The notes under the pieces were generated by a model. That model saw nothing but the letters and a program-made list of their open reading frames with translations. It did no database searches and had not been told where the DNA came from. A stretch of DNA of 21,110 bases from Octopus sinensis (taxonomy: Eukaryota), in contig NW_021825042.1 of the NCBI RefSeq assembly GCF_006345805.1, positions 1 to 21,110 on the forward strand, written 5' to 3'. Made by a program: the position numbers and the translations under genes. Positions within the stretch are counted from its first letter, which is position 1. The number at the start of each line of letters is the position of its first letter. Below, piece by piece: positions 18,726 to 21,110 of this stretch.

Positions 18726-20335
18726 CAGTTGCGGCTAAAATGTTCAGAACGGCATTGTTTTCGTCAGAAAAGTAAGTATAAGTTTTTATCAAAGTAGTTT
18801 TATATTCTATAATTTTCACAGATAATAAATACGATATTAATTGTTAATGTGTGAGATTTTGGTGTAATTTGAGAGGATAATACAAAAGTTATAGATGATT
18901 TAGTGATTTACTGCAAAACCCATGGCGGCCAAAATGATCAGAACGGTTGAAAAAATAACTAAATAATCAAAAATGACAGAGAATACTGGAATTATTTAAT
19001 ATTTAGTGTGAAGCCCTTTAGCTTCAATCACACTCTGACATCTTCGACTGCATGAGGAAATTAAATTTTCAATTTCTTGCTGGGTGATCTTATTCCATTC
19101 TTCCTGAAGGGTATTCCATAATTGCTCAGTTGTTTTAGGATTTCTGGCTTTCGAACGTTCTCCTAGAATATTCCATACATTTTCAATAGGATTGAGATCT
19201 GGGATTTGAGCAGGCCAATCCATAACAATAACCTTTTCAGCCTTGAGGAAGTTCATGACCACCTTAGCCTTGTGACAATGGGCATGAATATGGGTGGTCG
19301 CTTAGTTGAATTTCTCAGCACAGGCAAGACATGATATTTTACAAGTTGTTTATAAACTCCTGCATTTACTTTCCTGTAATCGCACAAACGGCCCACACCA
19401 TCTCCAGATATCATTCCCAAACCATGTCACTTCCTCCACCGAATTTAACACTAGTCTTAAGGCATTTAGGCGACAATTTTTCACCTACTTTTCGACGAAC
19501 GTACCTTTTCCCATCTGAGCCAAATAAGATAAACTTAGATTCATCACTGAAATGCACCGTTTGCCATTTTTCTTGAGACCACAACACATGTTCGGTTGCA
19601 AAGGTAAGACGACACTTTATTCTTGGAGCTGATCAGTGGCTTCACTGCAGGTGCTCTTGCTTGTAGGTCATGTTCAACTAAACGACGAGACACAGTTTTT
19701 CGAGATAAAGTTTTCTTCAATGCAATGCTCATTTTCCGAGAAACAGCAGCAGCAGTTTTAAATCTGTCCTTTTTAACCAACTTAACCATAACACGATCTT
19801 CTCTCTTCGTCGTTTTTCTTGGTCTACCTGTAAACTTTCTTGCTTCACACGAACCACAATCATCGTAGGCCTTAAGAATACCGTGTACAACACTTTTTGA
19901 CTTGTTAACAATCTTTGCAATAGATCCAGTACTTAAATTATCCTTCCTCCGAAGCTTAATAATCTGCTGACGAATTGGTAACAGAGTAAGTGGCATTATA
20001 TTAACAAAGTACATTGCAAATATTCTTACTAATGTTTAGTAAACGAACCGTCATGTAAACACATTCAAACATTAGAGTTCGCCAGTTAAATATACTAAAA
20101 CACGGAGTAAAAGCAACCGTTCTGATTATTTTGGCCGCCATGGGTTTTGCAGTAAATCACTAAATCATCCATAACTTTTGTATTATCCTCTCAAATTATA
20201 CCAAAATCTCAGGCAATAACAAATAATATCGTATTTATTGTCTGTTGAAAATTATAGAATATAAAACAACTTTGATAAAAAGATAATATCTACTTTCTGA
20301 CGAAAACAATGCGCTCTGAACATTTTTGGCCGCCA

Positions 20336-20338
<3 letters not shown>
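18726..20338 (-). mobile_element. Complete Tc1-family transposon (~1.61 kb), IR/DR-type long TIRs, TA target
   Basis: TIRs 18726-18949 and 20114-20338 are reverse complements. TA lies at 18724-18725 and 20339-20340. An internal transposase remnant is present. Confidence 0.95.
18996..19996 (-). pseudogene. Tc1 (DD34E-type) transposase, inactivated by at least three frameshifts
   Basis: ATG at 19996, paired-like HTH, GRPRKTT linker, KPLIS, WQTVHFSDESKF (first D), SVKFGGGS.MVW, a deletion at FM(QDNA)PCH removing the second D, WPAQIPDLNPIENVW (E), then KGLHTKY* (TAA 18996-18998). Confidence 0.95.
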
Positions 20339-20375
<37 letters not shown>

Positions 20376-20460
20376 AAATATATATATATATATATAAAAT
20401 ATATATATATATAATATATATATAATATATAATATATATATATATGTATGTGTGATGTGT
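20339..20460. repeat. (TA)n/(TG) tract, expanded SINE linker next to the Tc1 end
   Basis: Direct reading. Confidence 0.9.
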
Positions 20461-20815
20461 TTGTGTTGTCTGTGTTTGTCCCCCTAGCATTGCTTTGACA
20501 AACGATGCTGGTGTGTTTACGTCCCCTTAACCTAGCGGTTCGGCATGTTTGCGATATCTATGTATGTACATGTTTGCGGATATCTATAGAATATCTGTAT
20601 TTGTGAATAATTACTTATACGTACACGTATATACAAATATATATATATTTGTATATACGTGTACGTAGCAGTTCGGCAAAAGAGACCGATAAAATAAGTA
20701 CTAGGCATACAAAGAATAAGTACCGGGGTCGATATACTCGACTAAAGGCGGTGCTCCAGCATGGCCGCAGTCAAATGACTGAAACAAGTAAAAGAGTAAA
20801 AGAGAGTAAAAGAGG
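20461..20815 (+). mobile_element. Right module of the Tc1-interrupted family B SINE, itself interrupted by a 120-bp insertion (20546-20665)
   Basis: TGTCTGTGTTTGTCCCCTAGCATTGC...TAGCGGTTCGGCA, the insert, then TAGCAGTTCGGCAAAAGAGACCG...ACTGAAACAAGTAAAAGAGTAAAAGAG. Confidence 0.9.
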
Positions 20816-20874
20816 GGCTACTGAAGGTGATTACGTAACACCTGTTCTTTTGTCGTTCATTAATTGACGTGTAC

Positions 20875-20945
20875 ACGAACACGCACACGCACACGCACAC
20901 ACATGCGCACACGCACACACATGCGCACACGCACACACACGCATA
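20875..20945. repeat. (CACG)/(CA) microsatellite
   Basis: Direct reading. Confidence 0.9.
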
Positions 20946-20954
20946 TATATTTCT

Positions 20955-21008
20955 TTTATTTTGTTTATGCATTTCAGCCATGTTGCTGCGGCCATGCTGG
21001 AGCACCAC
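20955..21008 (-). mobile_element. Short diverged 3'-tail fragment of family B SINE
   Basis: TTTCAGCCATGTTGCTGCGGCCATGCTGGAGCACC is the reverse complement of the B tail. Confidence 0.75.
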
Positions 21009-21069
21009 CGTGATAGAGATATACTCAATTGTTCATTTATATATTCATAAATGGGTAAGTATGTACAAA

Positions 21070-21070
21070 C

Positions 21071-21101
<31 letters not shown>

Positions 21102-21110
21102 TGTATATAT
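21070..21110. repeat. (TATG)n microsatellite
   Basis: Direct reading. Confidence 0.9.

Overview
AT-rich, repeat-saturated eukaryotic (animal) DNA. No host protein-coding exon, rRNA, true tRNA or CRISPR array can be supported. The SINE families and microsatellite load look like a coleoid cephalopod, probably Octopus (inference from pattern recognition, not a search). Nearly all ORFs in the supplied track are microsatellite read-through artefacts. Four decayed coding remnants are real, all on the minus strand. Two are 5'-truncated RLE-type (R4/Dong-like) non-LTR retrotransposon 3' ends in tandem next to (TAA)n (2737-3795). One is a Chapaev3-like DDE transposase remnant with one intact CACTG terminus, which the ORF track does not show (16157-17690). 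One is a complete 1.6-kb Tc1 element with ~225-bp IR/DR-type TIRs and a frameshifted transposase (18726-20338). About 15 full or partial copies of four tRNA-derived SINE families are present. The nesting is informative: Tc1 inside a SINE's internal (TA)n, a SINE inside another SINE with a 17-bp TSD, and head-to-tail SINE tandems joined at one shared GGTATT junction. Other structures are a ~220-bp foldback hairpin, a degenerate minimal hammerhead-like motif, a 50-bp perfect palindrome inside a 120-bp insertion with a 13-bp flanking duplication, and a GGT-rich block copied almost exactly 6 kb away.
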